A stretch of DNA of 61,294 nucleotides, filler included, from Methanobacteriota archaeon (GTDB lineage Archaea > JACRDV01), in NCBI GenBank assembly GCA_024860865.1. It is 5 parts of 5 records of this genome, joined end to end, with 100 filler letters (N's around TTAATTAATTAA, not from the genome) between each part and the next. Parts side by side here need not be neighbours in the genome. Positions count along the whole stretch, not along the records: positions 50,546 to 61,294 come from JACRDV010000052.1; 4 more parts are not named here. One strand, 5' to 3'. Below the pieces are notes generated by a model. That model was not told the origin of the DNA and did no database searches. It worked only from the letters and a program-made list of their open reading frames with translations. The translations under genes and the position numbers were made by a program. Positions 52,081 through 61,294 of this stretch are shown one piece after another (position 1 is the stretch's first letter; each line of letters opens with the position of its first letter).

Positions 52081-53616
52081 TTGTTAGGGAATTTGATGCA
52101 GAAAACTGATGTGGCAACTGGCAGCTTCATAATGTTGGCAGCAAGTTGTAATGCATTTGTTCTAGGCTACATTTATCAAGTGGCTATGGGTTGGTTCTTA
52201 GGACCAACAGGTTATGGTGTTCTTGGAGTTTCATTAGCAATTATGAACATTCTTGCCCTATTCTCAGAATTAGGTATTCCTGTTGCCGTAACAAAATATG
52301 TTTCAGAATATGAAGCAAAAAAGGAATGGAAGAATGTAAGCGGAGTAATTCAAAGTGGAATTAAATTTACTGCTTACCTAGGAATTGCTACAGCAACAAT
52401 TTTCGCCTTTTTTATTCCGATTTTATCAGACTATTTTAAAAATCAAGAATATTTATTTACATTATCAGTTGTCGCAGCTACTATCCCAGTAATTTCTATC
52501 CTCGCAACTTATCGAGGAGCATTACAAGGGTTTCAACTAATCAAAGAATACAGCATGCTTAGTATAGCTGAAGCTGTTGTAAGAGTTGTTATAGCAATTG
52601 TTTTAGTTTACATTGGGTTTTATGTCCTTGGAGCGATATTGGCTTTTGCCATTTGTATTTTAATAACTGTTAGTCTAGCATTTTTCTTCTTGAGAAAAAT
52701 ATCGCTTGAAAAAAATGCAACTTTTCCAATAAAGAAATCATTATTATTTGCAATTCCTGTGACTGTAGCCTCAGCAGCTTTGTTAATATTAACAAATACC
52801 GATATCCTTTGTATAAAACTACTTAGTCCAAAATTACTCTCTGATACTTTAGCAGGCTATTACAATGCAGCCGCTATCATAGCAAGAATCCCAGTCTATA
52901 TACTAAGCCCGCTTTTGATTGTTTTATTGCCCGCTGTTTCTAGTGTTTACGCAATAGATGACCAAAACAAGCTAAAACTATACACAGAAACAGCCTTTCG
53001 ATATGTTATCTTGCTCATCATTCCGATGTGCGTTGGACTAATCGTATTATCTAAAGATTTAATCTCTCTATTGTATCCGCGTGCTTTTCTATATGGAGCA
53101 CCCGCTTTAGCAGTCTTGGCATTTGGCTCAATATTTTCAGCTTTGTTTAGTATAGCCTCTACATTGATAATCGGTATTGGAAAACCTCAAATTACAATGA
53201 GAATATTAGCTTTAGCTGCGATAATTAATATCCCTTTGAACATAATATTGGTCTCAAAATTCAGTATTATTGGAGCGGCCTTTGCCACAACAATTTCTTG
53301 TCTTTTTGCTGCTGTTTTAACCCTTTTTTATATTGTAAGAGTGATCAAAGTTGAATTTGGAATTAGAAGTTATGCAAGGCCGATCTTTGCAGCTGCAATT
53401 ATGGGTGTGTTTGTTTTTTTCTTTCCTCATTGGAATAGAATCCTAACTTTAATCGATGTGTTGTTTGGAGCAGTTATTTATTTTGTGTTATTGTTAGCTT
53501 TGCAAGCGCTCAAAAAAGAAGATGTAGAGATTTTGCGGCACATCCTATCGCTTTTGCGCGTTTCAGAAAAAACTTCTTCAAAACTTGTTGGCTTTCTGTC
53601 TAGATTTATTCGCTAA
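52081..53616 (+). CDS. Wzx-like polysaccharide flippase (MOP family)
   Basis: LGP.GYG, LGIP.AVTKY, D..., GYYNAA, IIGAA.AT; many TM helices. Confidence 0.9.
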   Translation: MLGNLMQKTDVATGSFIMLAASCNAFVLGYIYQVAMGWFLGPTGYGVLGVSLAIMNILALFSELGIPVAVTKYVSEYEAKKEWKNVSGVIQSGIKFTAYLGIATATIFAFFIPILSDYFKNQEYLFTLSVVAATIPVISILATYRGALQGFQLIKEYSMLSIAEAVVRVVIAIVLVYIGFYVLGAILAFAICILITVSLAFFFLRKISLEKNATFPIKKSLLFAIPVTVASAALLILTNTDILCIKLLSPKLLSDTLAGYYNAAAIIARIPVYILSPLLIVLLPAVSSVYAIDDQNKLKLYTETAFRYVILLIIPMCVGLIVLSKDLISLLYPRAFLYGAPALAVLAFGSIFSALFSIASTLIIGIGKPQITMRILALAAIINIPLNIILVSKFSIIGAAFATTISCLFAAVLTLFYIVRVIKVEFGIRSYARPIFAAAIMGVFVFFFPHWNRILTLIDVLFGAVIYFVLLLALQALKKEDVEILRHILSLLRVSEKTSSKLVGFLSRFIR

Positions 53617-53726
53617 TTAGGAAACTTACTTACGACTTTTTAATAAGACAATAAGTTTTTATCTAAATGATGTGCTATTCACTCAAGATTAATAGCAATT
53701 GGAAATTAAAATATGAAGGTATTCTA

Positions 53727-54917
53727 TTGAAATACGATTATCCTGACAAATATGGTAGATTCGGAAAGTTTGGCGGGCAATATGTGCCCGAAGTATTAAT
53801 GCCTGTGATCCAAGAATTGACTGGAGCTTATGAAAAACATAAAAAATCTGCAAGTTTTAAAGACGAGCTATCTTATTATCTCAAGGATTATGCTGGAAGA
53901 CCAACTCCACTTTATTTTGCAAGAAGGTTGACTGAAAGACTTGGTGGACCAAAAATTTACATAAAAAGAGAAGACCTTGCGCACGGAGGTGCTCATAAAA
54001 TTAATAACACCCTCGGACAAGTTTTGCTCGCTAAAAAAATGGGAAAAACTAGAGTGATTGCAGAGACCGGAGCTGGGCAGCATGGTATTGCAACAGCTAT
54101 GGCAGCAAGTATGTTCGGTTTGAAGTGTGAGATTTACATGGGCACTGAAGATATGGAGCGCCAAAAACTAAACGTTTTTAGAATGGAATTAATGGGAGCA
54201 GAATTACATCCTGTATCAAGTGGAACTAAAAGGCTAAAAGATGCAATTGATGATGCAATGCGGGACTGGGTTACAAACGTTGAAACAACTTACTATGTGA
54301 TTGGTTCAGTTGTGGGGCCACATCCATATCCTATGATGGTTAGAGATTTCCAAAGTGTGATTGGAAAAGAAACGAAACAGCAAATTATGGAAAAGGAAAA
54401 CAGATTGCCGGATGCAATTGTTGCGTGCATTGGTGGCGGGTCAAATGCAATGGGGATATTCTATAATTTTATAGAAAATGAAGAAGTAGGATTGATTGGA
54501 GTCGAAGCTGGAGGCCTTGGTCCAGAACCTGGTAAGCATGGAGCTACTTTATGTTATGGAACTGAAGGCGCGCTCCATGGATCTTACTCCTATGTCCTTC
54601 AAAATGGCAGCGGTCAAATTTTAGATTCACACTCAATTGCAGCTGGACTTGATTACCCAGGGGTTGGACCTGAGCCTGCATTTCTAAAATCAATAGGTAG
54701 ATTAAAAGCAGTATCGATAACTGATGCTGAAGCTGTTAAAGGATTTCAATTATTATGCGAAACAGAGGGAATTTTGCCTGCACTAGAATCTGCGCATGCA
54801 ATTGCTTATACAGAAAAAATTGCAAAAAATTATGATAAGAACCAAATTGTAGTGATTAATCTCTCTGGCCGTGGAGATAAAGATGTTGAAGTTGTTGCAA
54901 AGTACTTAAGTAAATGA
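53727..54917 (+). CDS. trpB: Tryptophan synthase beta chain
   Basis: [48 protein letters not shown]; probable TTG start. Confidence 0.97.
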   Translation: MKYDYPDKYGRFGKFGGQYVPEVLMPVIQELTGAYEKHKKSASFKDELSYYLKDYAGRPTPLYFARRLTERLGGPKIYIKREDLAHGGAHKINNTLGQVLLAKKMGKTRVIAETGAGQHGIATAMAASMFGLKCEIYMGTEDMERQKLNVFRMELMGAELHPVSSGTKRLKDAIDDAMRDWVTNVETTYYVIGSVVGPHPYPMMVRDFQSVIGKETKQQIMEKENRLPDAIVACIGGGSNAMGIFYNFIENEEVGLIGVEAGGLGPEPGKHGATLCYGTEGALHGSYSYVLQNGSGQILDSHSIAAGLDYPGVGPEPAFLKSIGRLKAVSITDAEAVKGFQLLCETEGILPALESAHAIAYTEKIAKNYDKNQIVVINLSGRGDKDVEVVAKYLSK

Positions 54918-55013
54918 AATAACTCTCCGCTTGCACACGAAGTTAGTAGTTGACCTGAGTACCCGTGTAGATGAGTTCTTTTGGAGAGATTTGGGCGAGA
55001 TGACCCCATTCAA

Positions 55014-55275
55014 AGTTGTCCCCTCGGAGGCTTGGAACACTTTCGATCGAAATCCTCCAAATCGAAAACCAGGTAGCCTTCTTCCCTCATTTTCTCTTTT
55101 TCACCGATTTTTTAGCTATCAGCCCGTAGAATTCCTTCCTTTTTCCAAGAAGTATAGTCCTCCTAGTCTTCCCAACCCTTCTAGCGTATATGGCGGTGAT
55201 CCAAAGTTTTCTCTTTGAGAGTTCCTCTATCTCTGATAGGGTTTTGAGTTCGGTTTCCCTGTCGATAAATCTCAT
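55014..55275 (-). pseudogene. Internally deleted archaeal ATPase relic
   Basis: N-terminus FIDRETEL...RRVGKT is joined to C-terminus EFYGLIAKK...EGYLVFDLEDF; same family as 45078-46478. Confidence 0.7.
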
Positions 55276-55389
55276 TTATTCACCTACTGAATAACCTGGA
55301 TTTGAACCCAAGTCTCTGGATCCCCCTGGGGAAGGGTCAATGTCAATACATATATATGCCATTTTACCATAATTTATTTATGTGGTATT

Positions 55390-55656
55390 ATGGTTGAAAT
55401 AGTTGAAGCTGACAGGTCCGGAAGGATAGTAATCCCCAAAAGCCTACGTAAAGAGTTCGGCATCCAGGAGAGGACGAAATTTCTCCTGACCAAAAGAGGC
55501 GCGGGGCAGCTGCTGCTCCAAAAGCTGGATGTTGAGGAGATAGCTCGGAGGCTTGAGGAAGAGCTATCTGGGGAAAACGTCGATGCCGCAGTCAAAACTA
55601 TCAGGAAGGAAATCCGTGCGAAAATCAAGGCGAAATACCCGGACCTTCTTGCTTGA
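55390..55656 (+). CDS. AbrB/MazE-type antitoxin
   Basis: DRSGRIVIPKSLRKEFGI. Confidence 0.88.
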   Translation: MVEIVEADRSGRIVIPKSLRKEFGIQERTKFLLTKRGAGQLLLQKLDVEEIARRLEEELSGENVDAAVKTIRKEIRAKIKAKYPDLLA

Positions 55657-56056
55657 CACCAATGTGTTCATATCCGCAATAAAGGAGCCCAAAAAACAGA
55701 CGGCGGCCTTAAAACTTATCCTTAAGATAGCGGAAGACCCAAGCATAAAGCTAGTTGGAAATGATCTTTTGGCCGAGGAAATGCTCCGCTACATCGAGCT
55801 CTTGAAATCCGAGACAGCTGTTATGATCCTTTCGACATTGTTGGCCAAGATGGAAATCGTCAAAGTTTCTGGGAACTACAGAAAAATATGCAAGATATAT
55901 ATCGAAACGCCCGACAAGGCAGATATTCTGCATGCTGCAACTTGTTTGCAAACAGGTTCTATTCTGATAACAAATGACCGTCACTTCGATAAGATAGCCG
56001 ATGAACGCATAATCGATGTATGGAACATCGGCGAGGCCCTCAAGAGGCTACTTTAG
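55553..56056 (+). CDS. PIN-domain toxin
   Basis: LLDTNVFI, D..HAA, LITNDRHF; the true start is probably near 55620. Confidence 0.85.
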   Translation: MRKSYLGKTSMPQSKLSGRKSVRKSRRNTRTFLLDTNVFISAIKEPKKQTAALKLILKIAEDPSIKLVGNDLLAEEMLRYIELLKSETAVMILSTLLAKMEIVKVSGNYRKICKIYIETPDKADILHAATCLQTGSILITNDRHFDKIADERIIDVWNIGEALKRLL

Positions 56057-56200
56057 TTCCCATTTCTGGCGCCGATTTTGAATTTTTAAGTGGGGTCGCC
56101 TAGCTTGTAATTTTCATTTGCACCATCCCAGATCAACATTAAATTTAAAATCCAATATAGAACAAACTTGCATCTACGTTAGCGAAGAGAGAGTGATTGG

Positions 56201-57021
56201 ATGTCTCGTATAGAAAACAAGTTCAAAGAACTTAAAGAGCGAAGAGAAGGCGCGCTAATCCCTTATATAACATTAGGCGATCCTTCTATAGAAAAAAGCA
56301 TAGAAATTGCCCAAGCATTAGGGTCTAAAGCGGACATACTTGAACTCGGTATACATTTGCGCTAGAGCGCATATGGCCGAAACCGTTTTCAGATCCAATT
56401 GCAGACGGCCCGACTATTCAAGCTTCGGCTCAAAGGGCTTTAAAGGCAGGAATGATGCCTAAACTAGCTTTTGAAGCTGTTAAAAAAATTAAATCACCTA
56501 TCCCAATTGTATTCCTAACTTATTACAATATTATTTTGAGATACGGAATTGAAAAATTTGTAAAAGATTGCAAAAATTCAAACGTTGATGGCTTAATAGT
56601 AGCAGAGTTACCTATTGAAGAGGCAAATAGCCTTTACAATGCATGCAAAGATAATGATGTTGATTTAATTTTCTTGATTGCTCCAACTACAACTGAAGAG
56701 CGCCTTAAGAAAATTATTGATAAGGCAAGCGGGTTTTTGTATTTAGTTTCATTGCTCGGAGTAACAGGAGTTAGAGAAACTGTTGGTGAGATTACTAAGA
56801 AAACGATTGCAAGAGTTATAAAATATACTAAAGGCAGAATTCCAGTTTGTATTGGGTTTGGTATTTCAAAACCAGAACATGTGAAAGAGGTTATTCAAGC
56901 GGGAGCAGAAGGAGCAATTGTAGGAAGTGCCTTGGTCAAGTTGATTGAAAGAGAAGAAAAATTAGAGAAAATTGTTGAGTTTGTCTCTCAATTAAAAAGT
57001 GGTTCTAGATTTACTGTTTAG
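56201..57021 (+). CDS. trpA: Tryptophan synthase alpha chain, split by a 29-nt insertion: join(56201..56352,56382..57021), 263 aa
   Basis: Exon 1 reads MSRIENKF...PYITLGDP...ILELGI. Exon 2 reads PFSDPIADGPTIQ...YYN...GVTG...GFGIS...IVGSA. Both parts are otherwise intact. Confidence 0.92.
56353..56381 (+). other. Putative bulge-helix-bulge mRNA intron in trpA
   Basis: CGGT/GCCG 4-bp helix, 3-nt bulges ATA and AAA, inner hairpin CATTTGCGC-TAGA-GCGCATATG. Removal restores the frame exactly. Confidence 0.82.
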
Positions 57022-57023
57022 TG

Positions 57024-57173
57024 CTAAAGCTCTTTTTTAAGGACTTTATAGATTACATAAGCAAGAACTAAAATTACTATTAGCACAACTATTTCCCATA
57101 GAAATTTAACTACCACAGCAGCTATTATTAGAGCTAAAATTATCAGAATAAAGTCGCGAAAAGTTAAAGGCAT
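57024..57173 (-). CDS. Small membrane protein (49 aa)
   Basis: MPLTFRDFILIILALIIAAVVVKFLWEIVVLIVILVLAYVIYKVLKKEL*; AGGT upstream. Confidence 0.65.
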   Translation of the reverse strand: MPLTFRDFILIILALIIAAVVVKFLWEIVVLIVILVLAYVIYKVLKKEL

Positions 57174-57343
57174 ACCTAAGACTCTGTTTCCTTTATTAAA
57201 ATTTTTTGATTAAAGATTAAAAAGTTACATAACTAAAGTTGCATGGGTTTGAAATTACAAAAAAGCAGATTGAAGGCATTAAACCCTGAAATCATTACAA
57301 AAGAGAGGAGGAAAAAATTGCACAAAGGGAAAAATTACATAAT

Positions 57344-58687
57344 TTAGTTATAACCCCCGCTTTCTGGAATCTTTTCTAAGTAAAACTGCTCAAGTTTTTT
57401 AATATCTTCTTTAAGGATATTGGCTCTCTCTTCATATTCTTCCTTTGAAATTTCTCCTTGCTTAAAGCGAGTTTCCAGAATTTCTAACACTAAAGATTTT
57501 TCTTTTCGCTTGGCTTTAAATTCCCCAAGTAATTCTTCTCCAGAAAGCTTTTTTTCGATTACAGGTTCTGGCTTAAAAAATATTTTTGGCTTTACTCTGC
57601 GGTTCCGTAGTATCCAAGTTGTCCCAACTAATGCCGCACATATCAAACCTATTAAGCTAAAGATTATAAAATCTTTATTTTCAAAACTTATCTTATATTT
57701 TTGCTCAGATTCAGACTCAGTTTTTGGGATAACTTTTGTTTCTTTAACTTCTGTTGTTGGTTTTTCAGCAACTTGTGCAATTTGCGTAGACATCATTGCT
57801 AGTTCAGCCATGTCCTTTGCTCTATTTGCCTCACTAACAGCAACTGAATACTCTTTATTAGAAAAGGCTAGGTAAGCATTAGCCAAATGCGCCTTTGCAC
57901 TTTCAAATAACTTAAGCGTTGGATTGCTAGCATTGAGACCCTGTTCAAAAGTAGGCTTGAACGAAACTATGGTATTGTTAGCAGCTTTAATCGCTACTCT
58001 AGCGTTCACGCGCTGTTCAATTGTTTGAGCTAAACTGCTTGCATCATTTGCCTTTAATATGGCATTTTCATAATTATTCTGATCAAAAGCCTGCCTTGCA
58101 TCACTTAAACCTCTATAAGCATCTTGAAGTAATCCTTCTTCAGTACTGATATCAACATTTGCATCTTTGGCAGCATTGACTTTTTTCACAGCTAAATCAA
58201 TCTTAGTTTGTGCTTCAGAAATAGTTTGTTGAGTTATAGATACGTACGCCAAACCAGTAACATTGAAAGAGATTGAGGTTGCGCTAGTATATCCCTCAAA
58301 ATATTTGGAAATTAATATAGCAAGTGTATGCTTCCCAACTGGAGCATTATTTTTTACAAAAATAGTAAGTTTTTCTTCCCAGCTTTGGTTTGTATCTAAA
58401 TAGTATAATCTATAATCCTCTTTGAAAGTGATAAATTGCACATTCTTAAATGCTGGATTATATTTAGTAGCAATTAAGATTCCTTCATCAGCAATTATTG
58501 TTAAGTTTAGATAAGCTAATCCTTTACCTAGATTTATCATATTCACGGTACAAGTAGTCTGAGTTCCCTGTTGGGCAACTGGATGTTCGATTGAAACATT
58601 AATTTTGATATCAATTTGCGATTGTGCAAATGCGCTCGAAAAAACTAAAATTAAAAATGATAATATAAAAACAAACACCTTTTGCAT
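57344..58687 (-). CDS. Membrane-anchored surface protein with C-terminal SHOCT-like motif
   Basis: Signal peptide, Ig-like domain, Ala-rich helical repeats, TM, then RFKQGEISKEEYE. Confidence 0.75.
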   Translation of the reverse strand: MQKVFVFILSFLILVFSSAFAQSQIDIKINVSIEHPVAQQGTQTTCTVNMINLGKGLAYLNLTIIADEGILIATKYNPAFKNVQFITFKEDYRLYYLDTNQSWEEKLTIFVKNNAPVGKHTLAILISKYFEGYTSATSISFNVTGLAYVSITQQTISEAQTKIDLAVKKVNAAKDANVDISTEEGLLQDAYRGLSDARQAFDQNNYENAILKANDASSLAQTIEQRVNARVAIKAANNTIVSFKPTFEQGLNASNPTLKLFESAKAHLANAYLAFSNKEYSVAVSEANRAKDMAELAMMSTQIAQVAEKPTTEVKETKVIPKTESESEQKYKISFENKDFIIFSLIGLICAALVGTTWILRNRRVKPKIFFKPEPVIEKKLSGEELLGEFKAKRKEKSLVLEILETRFKQGEISKEEYEERANILKEDIKKLEQFYLEKIPESGGYN

Positions 58688-58811
58688 AAAAAATCACTTG
58701 AATCTTAACTACGATACTTAGGCTTGAGAAAATTATGGATTAAAACCTTTTTATTTGAGTATTTTTAAAAAATTTTATTATTTACTTATGTAGTAGGCTT
58801 AGTAGATCATA

Positions 58812-59501
58812 ATGGAAGAGCTAATTGAAAGAGAGATTATTCAAGTCCTAAAAAGGCTTGAAAGGGCTTCTCAAGGCATTCCCCCATCTGTTTTAATAAA
58901 AAACAAACCTGAAAGAGAGAGAATTTTACAGTTTCTTACCTCACAAGAATTAATTAAGCCTGTCCAACTTAAGCCTAGAAGCAATCGCTATTATATTACA
59001 GAGAAAGGAAAACAATTACTTTTGCAAAAAAGATCACCAGAAGAACTCACAGAGCAAATTACAAGAGGATTTAAAAATCTTTTCGAGAGATTTTCTAATT
59101 TTCAAGAGTCTACAAAGAAAGAATTCGAAGAAATGTGGAAAGAGCTTAATGACATTCGAACCTTTATTGAATTTTTAAAAACAAAGCAAAAAGAAAATCT
59201 ACAAATTCCAGTTGAAGCAGCGGTTACAAAAGAAGATTTCCTCAGAATCTTAAAAGAGGAATATGAGAAATTAATACCTGATAAGAGGTTAAATCCAGCG
59301 GTTAAAATAGTTCTGTTGAGAAAATCTATCCTTCAACGAATTCCAACTTTAACTAGAGAGTTGTTTGATGAGTGGTTAACAGAATTACACATGAAACAAA
59401 AATTGCAAATGATAACAGGAGATACTAATGACCAAAATGTTTCAGAACTAATAAAAGGCCCACCCGGTCATTGGTTTGTATATCTTATCATTCCAGCATA
59501 A
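58812..59501 (+). CDS. Winged-helix / coiled-coil protein
   Basis: N-terminal wHTH (YYITEKGK), central coiled coil and a second wHTH-like C-terminal domain. Confidence 0.7.
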   Translation: MEELIEREIIQVLKRLERASQGIPPSVLIKNKPERERILQFLTSQELIKPVQLKPRSNRYYITEKGKQLLLQKRSPEELTEQITRGFKNLFERFSNFQESTKKEFEEMWKELNDIRTFIEFLKTKQKENLQIPVEAAVTKEDFLRILKEEYEKLIPDKRLNPAVKIVLLRKSILQRIPTLTRELFDEWLTELHMKQKLQMITGDTNDQNVSELIKGPPGHWFVYLIIPA

Positions 59502-59509
59502 GTGAGTTC

Positions 59510-61294
59510 ATGAAAGAGAAATGTATGGAAATACTTAAAAAGTCTTTTGATGACGGCACAGCGCCCTTTTTTCGAGATATATCAAAAGATGACTTTTTTG
59601 AAGACATTGATGTTTCTATACCGCACATTGAGGTTGAAAAAACTATATTCGATAAACTAGATGGAGTTAGAAATAAAAATTTAACCAATACTATGGCTAT
59701 TTTAGCAGCACCTGGCGGCGGCAAAACTCACTTATTTAAGATACTTAAGAACAAAGAAGATCTATTAAATTGTAAAGTAGTTCGCATTTCCACTATTAAG
59801 GACCCCTCAAGACCTTTCTATAGCATCTACAACAGCCTTATTGAGGGTCTAGGAGAGAAATTACTTTTAAAAATTGTGCGCTCTCATATAGAGAATAAGC
59901 TTAAGTCTAGATCTATTGAAAAATTCTCTCAACCTTCTGAAAAACTAATTAGAGCATTATGTGATGAAGCTGCCAAAACTTTGGCAGGTTTTGATTTAGC
60001 ATTTTATCGCGCATTTTTAAACATAGCTAATGATAAACTAAATGCTTTATCGCTGAGATGGCTAAAGTGCGACTATTTAAATGATAATGAACTTAAACAA
60101 CTTGGAATCAATGGGGTTCTTATCGATGGTGATGATGTAGCATATGCAGCAATAAAAATTATAGGCAATTATGCAATGATTCCGATCTGTATTTATTTTG
60201 ATCAATTAGAGATGTATACAAACTTAGGTCAAGAGTTTGTTAAAAGATTTTTTGATGCTATAATGGAGCTTCGTGATACAACTAAAAGCTACTTGGTAAT
60301 ACTTGCTTGCAGGCAGGATGAATGGGAAAACCTCTATCATATGGCAAGAGAAGCTGCGAGAGATAGGATAGAAGAACAGAAATATCTAAAAAATTTCACG
60401 CTCGATGATGCATTTGAATTCACGATATATTCGATGGGTAGTTTTTGGAGAAATAAAGGCATTTTTATCCATGAGCAAGCTAGTACGCCTGAAAGCATGA
60501 TGTTCCCCCTCAGAATGTCTGATGTTTCAGATGCTTGGATAGAATCTAAAGGCATCCCTAGGCATCTCATAAGAAGCTTAAAGACTAAACTTCACAAACA
60601 TTTAATTGAATGGAAACCACTTCTACCAAAAGTTCCAAGTGTATCTGTGTTCAACATGAAAGGAGAAAGGATTCTGCCAGGGGATACTATATTACTATCA
60701 ATAGGAGAAAAAATAAAAATAACAGAATCCGATGGAGATTTTTCATTAGTGCAATTAAATTGCGAAGGTGATATTTCTATAGAAAGCACGCTATCACCAG
60801 ACAATAATGCCAAAGAGACATATCTCTCATGCAATAACTCAGGAACAATTCGAATTGGTTTAGTAGCTGGAGATGCAAAAAAAGAACTAGGTTATGGAAA
60901 CTACTATATTCAAATATTAACTCCTTGGTATGTTGCAATTAATTCTTTATTGAAAGGTGTAAAGGATAGTATATTTGGTTGGAAAATTTTAACTGAAAGT
61001 TTTGTGCAACCTTTTATGTTTGAAGCAAAAGACGATTTTGGGCTAAAAAGAACTTACATAATGGCTTGTTTTTTTGTCGCTCAGAAAGAAAATAAAAAGG
61101 TAAAAGTAGTTTTAGATACACTTTATGAAGGTGGAAAGGGTCCTATTGAACAAGCTGCTAAGCGACTTAGTGGGGTTCTTAGTGAAAAAGTAGCAGATTA
61201 TGCAATCCTCATCAAACCAGAAGAAATTGGCAAAGATTCAAAAATTCTCGAAGATTTTGAATCCGGATGGAAAGACAAAGGTCATGTAATTAGC
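59510..61294 (+). CDS. Large AAA+/P-loop ATPase, 3' partial
   Basis: Open to the window end (so missing from the ORF track); AAPGGGKTH, LRWL, IYFDQLE, ARDRI, GIPRHLI. Confidence 0.85.
   Translation, partial: MKEKCMEILKKSFDDGTAPFFRDISKDDFFEDIDVSIPHIEVEKTIFDKLDGVRNKNLTNTMAILAAPGGGKTHLFKILKNKEDLLNCKVVRISTIKDPSRPFYSIYNSLIEGLGEKLLLKIVRSHIENKLKSRSIEKFSQPSEKLIRALCDEAAKTLAGFDLAFYRAFLNIANDKLNALSLRWLKCDYLNDNELKQLGINGVLIDGDDVAYAAIKIIGNYAMIPICIYFDQLEMYTNLGQEFVKRFFDAIMELRDTTKSYLVILACRQDEWENLYHMAREAARDRIEEQKYLKNFTLDDAFEFTIYSMGSFWRNKGIFIHEQASTPESMMFPLRMSDVSDAWIESKGIPRHLIRSLKTKLHKHLIEWKPLLPKVPSVSVFNMKGERILPGDTILLSIGEKIKITESDGDFSLVQLNCEGDISIESTLSPDNNAKETYLSCNNSGTIRIGLVAGDAKKELGYGNYYIQILTPWYVAINSLLKGVKDSIFGWKILTESFVQPFMFEAKDDFGLKRTYIMACFFVAQKENKKVKVVLDTLYEGGKGPIEQAAKRLSGVLSEKVADYAILIKPEEIGKDSKILEDFESGWKDKGHVIS

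Noticed and set aside
1-61294. Selenoprotein genes, SECIS elements and CRISPR arrays
   Set aside because: I saw no UGA aligned to a conserved Cys, no convincing SECIS and no repeat-spacer array. A computational scan would be needed to exclude them.

Overview
AT-rich archaeal DNA of Euryarchaeota-like gene content, apparently from a draft or binned genome. It is five contigs joined by 100-nt N/TTAATTAATTAA linkers (16713-16812, 32554-32653, 41344-41443, 50446-50545), so adjacency across linkers means nothing. Housekeeping content includes cdc48, cdrS-ftsZ, SRP RNA, tRNA-Ser(GCT), tRNA-Val(GAC), hisB, metG, argCJB with an ornithine cyclodeaminase-like gene, and trpB/trpA. Also present are selenocysteine machinery (SelB, PSTK), a ccmABCDEF cluster with an AhbD-like gene, a multiheme cytochrome c, comA/B/D/E, an intact IS1634-family element with TIRs and a 7-bp TSD, tRNA-split SSV1-type integrases and several toxin-antitoxin modules. 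The standout observation is a 29-nt insertion in trpA (56353-56381) that folds into a bulge-helix-bulge. Cutting it at the canonical tRNA-splicing-endonuclease positions restores the conserved ELGIPFSDP motif exactly, making it a candidate archaeal mRNA intron. Other highlights are an eS26-like domain fused to Ig-like and transglutaminase-like domains, an unannotated eL41 gene starting with ACG, and a CcmC lacking its first heme-ligand His. All family assignments come from motif recognition, not database searches.
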